Source: Octopus sinensis
Taxonomy: Eukaryota
NCBI RefSeq assembly: GCF_006345805.1
Contig: NC_043006.1
Coordinates: 58,218,001 to 58,282,000, forward strand
Length of the DNA stretch: 64,000 nt
Direction: 5' to 3'
The notes under the pieces were generated by a model, which saw nothing but the letters and a program-made list of their open reading frames with translations, did not search any database and had not been told where the DNA came from. Numbering within the stretch: position 1 is the first letter of the stretch; each line of letters opens with the position of its first letter. Of the stretch, positions 1 to 11,228 are shown in pieces. The position numbers and the translations under genes were made by a program.

Positions 1-446
1 ATAATAATTTGGGACAGAGAAGAGAAACTGTGTATAGTTGTGGAAATAAGCTGCCCAGTAGATGTTAACATAAAGCTAAAGATCAATGAAAAAGAGAATA
101 CCTACGCTGATCTATTGAGAAATCTGCAGTTACTCTATCCAGATTACAATTTCAGATTTATACCTGTAATGATTGGGGCACTGGGATATGTAACACACTG
201 CCTAAATACCAATCTTAAGAAATTAGGCTTCTCAAAACCAGAAAGAAGAAAACTGATTCGAAGACTACATATCTAAGCCATCAGAGGAACTGTAAAAATC
301 TGTAAAACTTTCCAGAAGTTTATCATTTAAGAATATTATCAGCATGTCTAGATATGCAAGTATATTCATTAGAAGACAGGCATAAAACAAAACATACAAA
401 TCTACATGAATACATACATACATACATACATACATACATACATACA

Positions 447-478
<32 letters not shown>

Positions 479-483
479 CACAT
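1..483 (+). mobile_element. 3' end of an RLE-type non-LTR retrotransposon (R4/Dong-like): endonuclease C-terminus plus proximal 3' UTR
   Basis: Frame 1 reads IIWDREEKLCIVVEISCPVDVNIKLKINEKENTYADLL...IPVMIGALG...LHI*AIRGTVKICKTFQKFII* (stop 328-330), matching the PD-(D/E)xK RLE pattern. One internal TAA at 274-276. The UTR ends in (TACA)n. Confidence 0.85.
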
Positions 484-2411
484 ACAAAAATACCCTGTTG
501 TTGATGTTGAATTCCAATGAAGGAGCCTTGGATCTAGGTTAGAAACCGGTTCTTTCTCTATTGACAAGAAATTCTGAAATAAAACTGAATAATGGAATAC
601 ATACATACATACATACATACATACATACATACATACATACATACATACATACAAAAATACCTGTTGTTGATGTTGAAATCCCATGAGGAGCCTTGGATCT
701 AGGCAGAAACCGTTCTTTCTCTATTGACAAAAATTCTGAAAAAACTGAATATGGAATACATACATACATACATCATACATACATACATACATACATACAT
801 ACATACTACATACATACATACATACAAAAATACCCTGTTGTTGATGTTGAAATTCCAATGAAGGAGCCTTGGATCTAGCTAGAAACCGTTCTTTCTCTAT
901 TGACAAGAAATTCTGAAATAAAACTGAATAATGGAATACATACATACATACATACATACATATACATACATACATACATACATACATACATACATACACA
1001 AAAACCCTGTTGTTGATGTTGAAATTCCAATGAAGGAGCCTTGACTAGGCTAGAACCGGTCTTTCTTCTATTGACAAAAATTCTGAAATAAAACTGAATA
1101 ATGGAATACATACATACATACATACATACATACATACTACATACATACATACATACATACAAAAATACCCTGTTGTTGATGTTGAAATTCCAATGAAGGA
1201 GCCTGGATCTAGGCTAGAAACCGGTTCTTTCTCTATTGACAAGAAATTCTGAAATAAAACTGAATAATGGAATACTACATACATACATACATACATACAT
1301 ACATACATACATACATACATACATACATACATACATACATACATACATACATACAAAAATACCCTGTTGTTGATGTTGAATTCCAATGAAGGAGCCTTGG
1401 ATCTAGGCTAGAAACCGGTTCTTTCTCTATTGACAAGAAATTCTGAAATAAAACTGAATAATGGAATACATACATACATACATACATACATACATACATA
1501 CATACATACATACATACATACATACATACATACAAAAATACCCTGTTGTTGATGTTGAAATCCCAATGAAGGAGCCTTGGATCTAGGCTAGAAACCGGTT
1601 CTTTCTCTATTGACAAGAAATTCTGAAATAAAACTGAATAATGGAATACATACATACATACATACATACATACATACATAATACATACATACATACATAC
1701 ATACATACATACATACATACAAAAATACCCTGTTGTTGATGTTGAAATTCCAATGAAGGAGCCTTGGATCTAGGCTAGAAACCGGTTCTTTCTCTATTGA
1801 CAAGAAATTCTGAAATAAAACTGAATAATGGAATACATACATACATACATACATATCTACATACATACAGACATACATACATACATACATACATACATAC
1901 AAAATAAAAATACCCATTTGTTGATGTTGAAATTCCAATGAAGGAGCCTTGGATCTAGGCTAGAAACCGGTTCTTCTCTATTGACAAGAATTCTGAAATA
2001 AAACTGAATAATGGAATACTACATACATACATACATACATACATAGACTACATACATACATACATACATACAAAATACCCTGTTGTTGATGTTGAAATTC
2101 CAATGAAGGAGCCTTGATCTAGGCTAGAAACCGTTCTTTCTCTATGACAAGAAATTCTGAAATAAAACTGAATAATGGAATACTACATACATACATAATA
2201 CAGACATACATACATACATACTACATACATACATACATACTACATACATACAAAAATACCCTGTTGTTGATGTTGAAATTCCAATGAAGGAGCCTTGGAT
2301 CTAGGTTAGAAACCGGTTCTTTCTCTATTGGCAAGAAATTCTGAAATAAAACTGAGTAATGGCATATATACATACATACATACATACACACATACATACA
2401 TACATACATAA
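484..2411 (+). repeat. Tandem array of 11 copies of a 114-bp LINE terminal module, each followed by (TACA)n
   Basis: Unit caaaaataccctgttgttgatgttgaaattccaatgaaggagccttggatctaggctagaaaccggttc...gaaataaaactgaataatggaa starts near 484, 650, 824, 997, 1159, 1354, 1532, 1719, 1899, 2071 and 2250. Confidence 0.95.
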
Positions 2412-2919
2412 TACATGTTGTGAAGCTTCGGCAAATAGAAAAGCACACGATCAGCTAAGAGAGCAAAAATAATGTTATAATAAAACCACAAATCCTGTTA
2501 ACACAGCTCGCCAAGGTTTCCTAGTCGAAACATCAATTTATTCCACCATTTTTCAAGCTGAGAAGAAAAGCAACTGACAAAATGGTGAAATAAATCATTA
2601 TTTCAACCAGAAAACCCTAGGTGGTTGTATTTAACAAGATGTGACTTTTAGTATAACGTTACACCCCACACACACACCACACACACACACAACACACCAC
2701 AACACACACCCACACAACCACACCACACACACACACACACACACACCCAACACACACAACGCATATATATATATGTATGCATGTATATTTAGCAAAACAA
2801 AAACTTTAAATCAGAATGAAGGCAATGAAAAATAAGTTATAATAACTAATTAAATTGAATAAACTAAGTTCCTTGAGATTATCTATTCTCTCTTATAAAT
2901 TTCTTAAATGTGAATTTTA

Positions 2920-4330
2920 ATTTATGCTTTTAATTAATTATTGGTTCGTTACACTTATTAAGAATTTTTTTCCCAATCAGTAAATAAAATTTCAAGAGTG
3001 TCATGGAAACAGTTTACAAAATTTCTCGTTACTGCTATTGGGTCAATATAATGGGGGTAAATATGATGGGGGTTTATGTTTGGAAATTGAGTGAGTGAAT
3101 ATGTTCAGATAGGGAGGTATTAGATTTTAGATTAACGTTTCAAAAATTATGCCTAGATTAGTCGCTCCAATGTAAGATCTAATAGTGGAACTTGTAATTA
3201 CTGCACGCTCATACACCACGTTAGCTTGGGTACAATTTTCGCCTAAGGGACACTTTTTCCCCGAGTCTGAAATTGCTCAGTGTTCCGGCGGATGGGGTGT
3301 TGGAGATAATATGGTGGGGACATTATCCGTAGGAGCTGGATGAGGTGCGATGAGATGCTCGGTGCTTGCTTCTGGCTCTATTATATGGTTGTGGAAGGGT
3401 CAGAGTATGTGGTAGCAGAAACTACCCCCGCAACTCGGTAGAAGGCTCATAAATTCGCTTCTATTTCTATGCGACTCGTAGAACTATACCTGATGGTTTG
3501 GGGGCTAATTTTGCCCAGTAGGAAAACAGGTGGTAGGGGAATGCGATTCTTATAGTTTGTACCTATAAGATGCAGTTATGATAGTTTCTACGTTAGGGGT
3601 CACTGACGAGGAAAATTCTAGTGCTTTTCTGTTAAAGATTTTGTGGTATCTATGTTGGAGGAGGGAATAGATTTCTATCTAAGAGTTTATAAAGGCCCTT
3701 AAAGGTTTTCGTCTTATTTGCGATGGAAGGGTTGTACCAACATATATGGCACTTGCTAGATTTGCTGGAAAGTGTGTGCCTACAGCTGGCCCCAGGGTTT
3801 TATATTGCTGTGGGAAGCTCGGCGTTCTGATGTTCACCACGTTCTCTTCGTTTACCTTTCCTATTATTCGATCTTAGATTGTAGTCATTAACACCTGGAT
3901 GAGTAACTATTTTGTCTCAAGATTTATGAGATTTATCAGATGTATTAGATGTAGTTAGCACTTAATGGACGGTCTTATAATTAATCCTAAGGTTAGTAGA
4001 ATCTGTAAGTCGCGTGTTAATTCCACGTGTAAATCATTAATACAAGTAGCCTGCTTAAGCTTAGTGTTATCGTAGTATGATATCGCTTGATCATAATCGT
4101 TTCGTTTAAGGGTTCCATTGCAATATTCCAAATTATATCTGAATATTATTTGATTAATGGAAAGATAGAAACCCTAAGGGATATGTTTTTAACTAGGCTA
4201 TTCCTAACTAGGAATTGATGGTTAAAGGATCTACGGATATATTGTAGGTTCTCGTTTGGCTTACGGTAAGGGCGATAGGTTTGTGAGCTTAAATTTGAGA
4301 TTAGACCCAAACGGTTAACAGTTGGAACAT
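2920..4330 (-). mobile_element. Decayed, 5'-truncated Penelope-like element (RT thumb + GIY-YIG remnants)
   Basis: Minus-strand peptides TYRPYRKPNENLQYIRRSFNH (~4250-4310), CWYNP (~3740), HRYHKIFNRKALEFSSSVTPN (~3600-3665) and KKCPLGENCTQANVVYERAVITSSTIRSYIGAT (~3160-3262), with many stops and frameshifts. Confidence 0.85.
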
Positions 4331-4559
4331 GCTTTCAAACGAGAATACTAGATTAAAATTTTTGAAAACTTGTGTAACTTTTTCCTTCTATTTTACTTTA
4401 TCCCATATTATTTTATCACATCTTATTGTCTTATTATTTTTTTGTTTCCTATCATAATTTCCTACACACCCATCCCTCCCCCCATATACACATACACACA
4501 CACACACACTCATACAGCAACATGTCTTTTTATATGATTACTGCACGGGTAGTTTATTT

Positions 4560-5945
4560 CTACTGTTTTTACATCAAAAGTTGAAATAGAAGAAAATGAG
4601 ACGCGTGTTCGTCATTTAATGCTCTCGTTTCCGAAAAGTGGAACAAAAAGCTACACAAAGAGCAAAACCGCGTGTGCAATTTATGGAAAGGATGCCATAG
4701 CTGAGAGTTGTTCGTGTTTCTATAGATTTAGGAGTGAAATTTTTCATCTGGAAGTCTGTGAATGATGACCAAAACACTAAAAACAACCCAGGTCGGCTTG
4801 ACCGCTGCCACGCTCACGTTGCTTTCGTTTCTGCCGTTGAAGGCTTTTTTCATTTACGCCAGCCAAGATAAGTTAAAAATTGTCTAAAGTCGTAAGACGC
4901 TCCTGTCCTTTGTACTGTCCACCTTCGTGTTTTTTATTTCTGTTTTATATATAATTTTGTATTTGTCTTTGTTCCGTATACATTCGACCCTCTTTCCAAG
5001 AAATCCAATGCCTGTGGCTTGGATTTTCCTTGGGGCTGGCCGGATCGGAGTGATATCGAGATTAAACAGCCGAAATCACTAAGATGATCCGGTTCCCAAC
5101 TGAAGATTAGAGGCTTCGAGTGACCCGTCAGTTTTTTGTGTCGTCTCCTTGTGTGTTTTTGCGTTCTTGTCCCACTTTGTAATTTATATTTTATATTAAA
5201 TTCTATACAAATATGAGACATTACAAAGGTACTTCAGATATCCCATATGTGTGTTATAAGGCATTTAGAATAACTTGGATGTGTGGATCGCTATGATGTT
5301 TGGGTACCTCATAATTTAACCTAAATAATTTAATGGACCGCATTTCCATCTGCCATTCTTTGCTCAAACACAACAAAAATAATCCATTTTTGAAAAGAAC
5401 AATCACAGGTGATACAAAATTAATTGTTTACAACAATATGGAGCGGAAAGGGTCCTGGATAAAACGAAATGTACCATCTTTATTTGCTCCAACAGCCGGT
5501 CAGTATCTGGAGGTGATGCTCTGAATTTTTTCCGCAAACTCAGACGTTGAATTCAGATAAATACTGTTCACAATTAGATCCATTAAAAAAAGCAATTGAT
5601 GGGATCATTCCAGAATTGGCCAATCAGAAAGTGTCGTATTCCTTGAAGTCAAGGTTAGACCTCTTGTTTCTTTGCAGACCCAGCAAAAATTAGTATCGAA
5701 TGTCTCACCACGCTCAATATACTCAAATGACCTACATTCAGATTGCTATTTATTTCGATCCCTACAAAATTATTTTAATGGAAATAACTTCAGTTTTTTG
5801 GCAATGTAAAACTACTTGGAATAGTTTATGACCTAGAAAGATACCATATTTTAGGAGGATGGGATCATGAAGCAGTCTCGAAGATGACGAAAGATAGTGG
5901 AACAAAATCGGACATACGTGGTTGAACAACAGTATGTACAAATAT
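4560..5945 (+). mobile_element. Decayed mariner transposon interrupted by a ~400-bp insertion (~4800-5205)
   Basis: N-terminal RHLML...AIYGKDAIAE...FRSEIFHLE, then DVWVPHNLT, DRISICHSLLK...FLKRTITGDTK (WVPHEL and ITGDEKW motifs) and a decayed C-terminus ending KIVEQNRTYVVE. Confidence 0.8.
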
Positions 5946-6154
5946 CTAAATATTACTCTTTTTACTCTTTTACTTGTTTCGGTCATTTGACTGCTGTCAT
6001 GCTGGAGCACCGCCTTTAGTCGACCAAATCGACCCCAGGGCTTTGTAAGTACTTATTCTATCGGTATATTTTGCCGAACCGCTAGGTTACGGGGACGTAA
6101 ACACAACAGCATCGGTTGTCTAGCGATGTTGGGGGGACAAACACAGAAACACAA

Positions 6155-6209
<55 letters not shown>

Positions 6210-6820
6210 CATATATACGACGGGCTTCTTTCAGTTTCTGTCTACCAAATCCTTTCACAAGGTTTTGGTCGGCCCGAGGCTATAGTAGAAGACACTTGCC
6301 CAAGGTGCCACATGTGGTTGGTAAGCAAGCTACTTACCACAAAGCCACTCCTGCGCTTATTTTCGAATTTTACTTTAAAAAACGGCATGAACTTTCATTC
6401 CAGTCCAGTATATACATATATGTATACGAGGGTTGGCTGACAAGTTCATAGGATGACCAAGATATTCTCATGTATAGTGATCAACACAGTCCTCCATACA
6501 GTCCCCACACTTCTTTCACCGGTCTTACAGTGTTTGGATCCCATTGGTGTAGTAGCTTAAAGTCATCAACAGCATATATGACGTCATCATTACTGCGACA
6601 CTGGCTAAGTGTTTTTTTTTTTTATGTTGGGGAACACGCGAATATATGTCTATATATACATATACACAAGTAAGCAGATAAAGGGTCTCTTAAACACAAC
6701 TTTTCCGGCGAACAGGAACGTGAAACTCTGAGTAACAGTTATTTTGTGATGCTTTTACATATATATGTGCGTGTGTGTTTATGCATATAACTTGTATGTA
6801 TATATATATATATTATATAT

Positions 6821-7936
6821 AACGGGAAAGTTTACGAAAATAAACAAAAGACGAAGGCAGGTGGAGTACAAACAAACAATGTATTAGTATGGCTCTCAGG
6901 AATAGAAATAAAGCAAGTCTTTTACGTTTCGAGCCTACGCTCTTCGACAGAAAGATACACAGAAAAGAAACAAGGAGAGAAACAAGGAGAGAAAAAATTG
7001 CGTGTAGGGACTAACGATCCAACATTGCGTTCTGATTTCAGGAGAAGTCAGAGATGGGAGGTCAAACGTTAGAGGTCAGACGTTAGACGCCAGAGGGATA
7101 GTAGGGGAGATAACAGGGTCAAGTGACCTCACCCCAACATGAAGGTGCATGTGTGCATAATAGAGTATGTATGTGCATGTGAAAGAGAGCTGGTGGTCTG
7201 GACGTGTGTATGTATGTATGATGTGATGTGTAATGTCGTATGTTGTAGTGTAGTGTGGTGTAATGTTGTGGGGAGATGGGGGGGCGAGAGTGGGGAAAGC
7301 CCATATGGGGTGTGGGTTCGGCTAGGGGTTAGGGTAGAGTGGGGGATGTGGGGAGAGTGAGAAGGGGAGATGAGGGGAGGGGAGGAGAAGGAAGGGGAAG
7401 GGGGAAGGAAGGGGAAGGGGAGGGGAGAGAGACAGGAAGAGGAGGGGGAGAGGGAGATGGGGAGGAGGAGAGTGAGGGAGCAGAGAGAAAGAGAGAGGGG
7501 AAGAGGGAAGAAGAGGGAAGAAAGGAAAGGAGGGAAGAGGAGGGAAAGAGAATAGAGGTGAAAAGATGAAGGACTGAAGAGAAGTAGGAGTCGGGGGGAG
7601 GTTAGATGAAAAAGGCGGTTTTAGATGAAAAGGGGGGAGAGTTGAGACCAAATGGCGTAAAAGAGCGAAGAGAGAAGATTAATCCCTGTTCACGGCGCAA
7701 ACGGGAATCCGGATGGCCTCTGTGCAAGGGCAATCCGAACACAGAGAGGTGTTGCAAGGAGTGACCGGTGGAGCGGAAATGACGTGAGACCGGTGTGTCG
7801 TTGGCAAGGCGGATGTTTTGGAGGTGTTCCACGAACCGGTCAGCCAAGCGGCGTCCCGTTTGTCCGATGTACAGGGAATGGCAGAGAGAGCAGGAGATGC
7901 AATAGATGATATTGCTGGAGGTGCAGGTGAAGGAGT
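6821..7936 (-). mobile_element. 5'-truncated Penelope-like element: GIY-YIG C-terminus, purine/pyrimidine tract and terminal repeat, inserted in (TA)n
   Basis: ORF 7602..7976 contains FTCTSSNIIYCISCSLCHSLYIGQTGRRLADRFVEHL...PVSRHF...RLRREQGLIFSLRSFTPFGLN; (TA)n runs flank both ends. Confidence 0.9.
6924..6950 (-). ncRNA. Minimal hammerhead-ribozyme-like motif of the Penelope terminal repeat (variant core)
   Basis: Minus strand CTGTCGA-A-GAGC-gtag-GCTC-GAAAC-GT: perfect 4-bp stem II and GAAAC, but A6 of CUGANGA is replaced by U. Confidence 0.55.
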
Positions 7937-8087
7937 ATATATACATATATATATATACATATATATATATACACATATACCTTTCTACCTCCCTCTCCTC
8001 CCTCTTTCTCTCACTTTCTCTCTATATTTACGTTTGTGTATGTGTACATATGTATGTCTTAATGTATCTGTTTCCACATCTATCTAC

Positions 8088-8146
<59 letters not shown>

Positions 8147-8204
8147 CATACATACATACATACATACATACATACATACATACATACATACAACATACAT
8201 ACAT

Positions 8205-8844
8205 ACAAATTTGCCAAAAGCTTGGCAATACCTGCACAGAGGCCTACGCAAAGTTTTCAAAAGGTTTTCATCGTCCTCGACACAATCAACGAGATTTTGT
8301 GCAGTTGAAACCCGAGTGTTGTTGTGGCCAGCAGAAAGCAGTTTTTGGCACAAATTTGGCAGCCACGCGTCTCATACTTAAATCTTCAGTGATAATAGAC
8401 TGAACTAAACTGTAACTAATCTGCTCATCCTCTGATAACTCATAGATGATGATTCGACGATTTCCCCTCACAGTTGCATGCACATCTGCGATGTTTTTCT
8501 CAGTTCTGCTGGTTGCAGACCTCCCAGAACGTTCGTCAATATCGACATTTTTTCGGCTATCTTGGAAATGTCTGAACCATTCGTAGACTTGTGTGTGCCT
8601 CATACACTCCTCTCCATACATTTTCTGCAACTTTGCGCAGGCCTCTGAGCCGGTATCGGCATGACAACTTTCTCTGTCATGGCCTTCCAAGCACTGCTAT
8701 AAACAGCTGAAGTGAGCTTAACAATAAAACTTAGTGCGCATGCTCAGCAGATTTTAAGGTCAATTTGTGCCAAGCGACTTCTTTCTACGTGCTTTGGCTT
8801 CGTTACTATGGAAACAGTCCTGATACTTATTGATCATACCTCGT
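8205..8844 (-). mobile_element. Mariner-family remnant: one terminal inverted repeat plus the HTH region of the transposase
   Basis: ORF 8286..8690 (KLQKMYGEECMRHTQVYEWFRHFQDSR...RSGRSATS...MRRVAAKFVPK); TIR-like ACGAGGTATGATCAATAAGTATCAGGAC read on the minus strand from 8844. Confidence 0.85.
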
Positions 8845-9599
8845 GTATGTATGTATGTATGTATGTATGTATGTATGTATGTATGTATGTATGTATGTAT
8901 GTATATATGATGATGATGATGGCTGCCCCCTCGTTATCGAGTATGGCTATTGCACGAGGCTTAACTGTTATTGGTGCTGTGATCGAATGTGAATTTTATT
9001 TGCTTTTTAAGGTTACAGCCAGCCATTTAGTTGAGACTCACAGCACCATCAACAATAATGAACAATGTTGTTATCGTGCAATGCCTGTGCAAAAGATTTG
9101 TTTTTAAAGTGAGGAAAGGCTGTGCATTGAGTCAATCCCACTCACTAAGCAACAGCAGCCATAATCCGAAAAGAAGAACAAGTCAACATCATCGGTAACC
9201 ACTGAGCCGCAGGTTTTATGTCGGAGTTATCCCAGTTACCTGAGTTACCTTCTCCTAGAAGGATGCTCTAACAAGGGCTAGGTGTCCTTCACTTCCAATG
9301 GTTTAACCGCGCAATCGGGTATTCAGTCCGATTATTTCTATGTCCCCGCGCATGATACAGCCTTAAGCCTTAAGAGAGGTGGGGAGAGAAGTCAATATAA
9401 AGTATAAGTTGTCTGAAACTTTCTAAACCTTTCTTTCCAGATTCGGCGACCATTACTCGACTGTGAAACGATTGAAGAGGACCTGGCTTTGTATTCGTTA
9501 GGATCGAAATTTATCCATTTCACTGTTCTTGAAATGGTGATCTACAGCCAGATCAAATGATGCGAAGAAAATAATGGTTGCACATTTATATAAGTAATT

Positions 9600-9732
9600 A
9601 TATATATGCATGTTCGTATGTGTGTGTGTATGTGTGTATTCAAGTATATGTATGTAGGTTTGTGTATGTATGCATGCGTGTACGTGTAAATAGTTATTTC
9701 TGTACATATGTATATGTGAGTGTATGTATATT

Positions 9733-9779
<47 letters not shown>

Positions 9780-9821
9780 GTGTGTGTGTGAGTATATATA
9801 TATATTATATGTGTGTGTATG

Positions 9822-9869
<48 letters not shown>

Positions 9870-9921
9870 ATGTATATTATATATATATATATATATATTA
9901 TATGTGAGTATATTATATATA

Positions 9922-9963
<42 letters not shown>

Positions 9964-10010
9964 ATATATATTATATATATATATATATATATACGTGTGT
10001 GTGTGTGTAT
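9600..10010. repeat. Compound (TA)n/(TG)n microsatellite; similar tracts at 8090-8205, 47070-47450, 54940-55040, 55460-55670
   Basis: Direct inspection; these tracts produce most YIYI/MYVC pseudo-ORFs. Confidence 0.95.
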
Positions 10011-10792
10011 GGATGGATGGATGTATTGTCTAAGAATCCCATATGTCTGAAAATGCGCTCGCATATTTTTCAATAGATTGCGTATACTGAACAAAATATT
10101 TCCAATCAGTTTCGCACTGGGTATTAAACCGGGTGCTAGTTAACAGCCTACTTATGTAACACCCAGTGTTCGTCAGTGCTAACAAATATGGGTAAAATAT
10201 ATCACAATTGTTTTCATATCCGCCAGCTCTGATGAGCACATGGTATTACGTAACCGAGCTGTTATCTAACTCGTAGTTTAATACTCAATGCGAAACCGAT
10301 AGGTAAGATCGATCGTAATTCATATATAATACTATACATTTTGTTTAATGTTTGTGTGTGTGTGTGAATGTGTGAGTGTGTGCGCGTCTGCGTGTATTGC
10401 GTGTATGTGTGTGTATGTGAGTGTGAGTGTGTATGTGAGTGTGAGTGTTTATTACATATTACTCGTCAGGTGTTTTTCTTCTAACTATTAAATGACATTT
10501 AATTCCCAATCTATGCACTTTTCCTGTGTTACGTCTTATTTTCTTTTGAAATCCCTTATTAGTCTGGAAGTAACCACTCGCTCAGTGAATTTCAGGCATA
10601 ACTAAAGACTTGTACCCCGCTGGATATTTTTATGAAAAATGAATGTTCTTTAAAAGAATTTTCAACAAACGCATTTTAGGTGGTAAGGATTGCGATTATA
10701 TCAGAAATTGTTATGAAAAACTTTTTTCCGGGAGAAATGGAGTAAGATTTCTGATTGTTCCCGCGTCTCAATTTTGTTTCCTCATAGCTTTC

Positions 10793-10952
10793 AGGAGTGG
10801 CTGTGTGGTAAGTAGCTTGCTAACCAACCACATGGTTCCGGGTTCAGTCCCACTGCGTGGCATCTTGGGCAAGTGTCTTCTGCTATAGCCCGGGCCGACC
10901 AATGCCTTGTGAGTGGATTTGGTAGACGGAAACTGAAAAGAAGCCCGTCGTA

Positions 10953-11015
<63 letters not shown>

Positions 11016-11228
11016 TTGTGTGTCTGTGTTTGTCCCCCTAGCATTGCTTGACAACCGATGCTGGTGTGTTTACATCCCCGTCACTTAGCGGTTCGGCAAA
11101 AGAGACCGATAGAATAAGTACTGGGCTTACAAAGAATAAGTCCCGGGGTCGATTTGCTCGACTAAAAGGTGGTGCTCCAGCATGGCCGCAGTCAAATGAC
11201 TGAAACAAGTAAAAGAGTAAAGAGTAAA
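10793..11228 (+). mobile_element. tRNA-derived SINE family A with internal (TA)n/(TG)n; representative copy
   Basis: Head ggctgtgtggtaagtagcttgc...ggttcagtccc (A/B-box-like) and tail (gagtaaaa)n. Other copies at about 5950-6356(-), 11975-12345(+), 24790-25350(-), 25378-25820(+), 30904-31290(+), 36195-36560(-), 36890-37220(+), 46105-46450(+), 49355-49760(+), 56335-56745(-), 62240-62690(+). Confidence 0.85.

Noticed and set aside
484-2411. CRISPR-like appearance (constant repeat plus variable spacer)
   Set aside because: The spacers are only (TACA)n of varying length, the repeat is 114 bp, there are no cas genes, and the context is eukaryotic.
265-2491. ORFs rich in MYVC/IHTY, and similar YIYI/HTHT ORFs throughout the window
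   Set aside because: They are translations of TACA, TA and CA microsatellites that lack stops in some frames.
2920-4330. Possible mitochondrial insertion (G/T-skewed composition)
   Set aside because: The minus strand yields Penelope RT-thumb and GIY-YIG motifs, not mitochondrial genes.
10224-10261. cagct-CTGATGA-...-gtaac-cg-agctg, hammerhead or C/D-box-like
   Set aside because: A closing stem and CUGAUGA are present, but there is no stem II, GAAA is altered and there is no NUH cleavage triplet.
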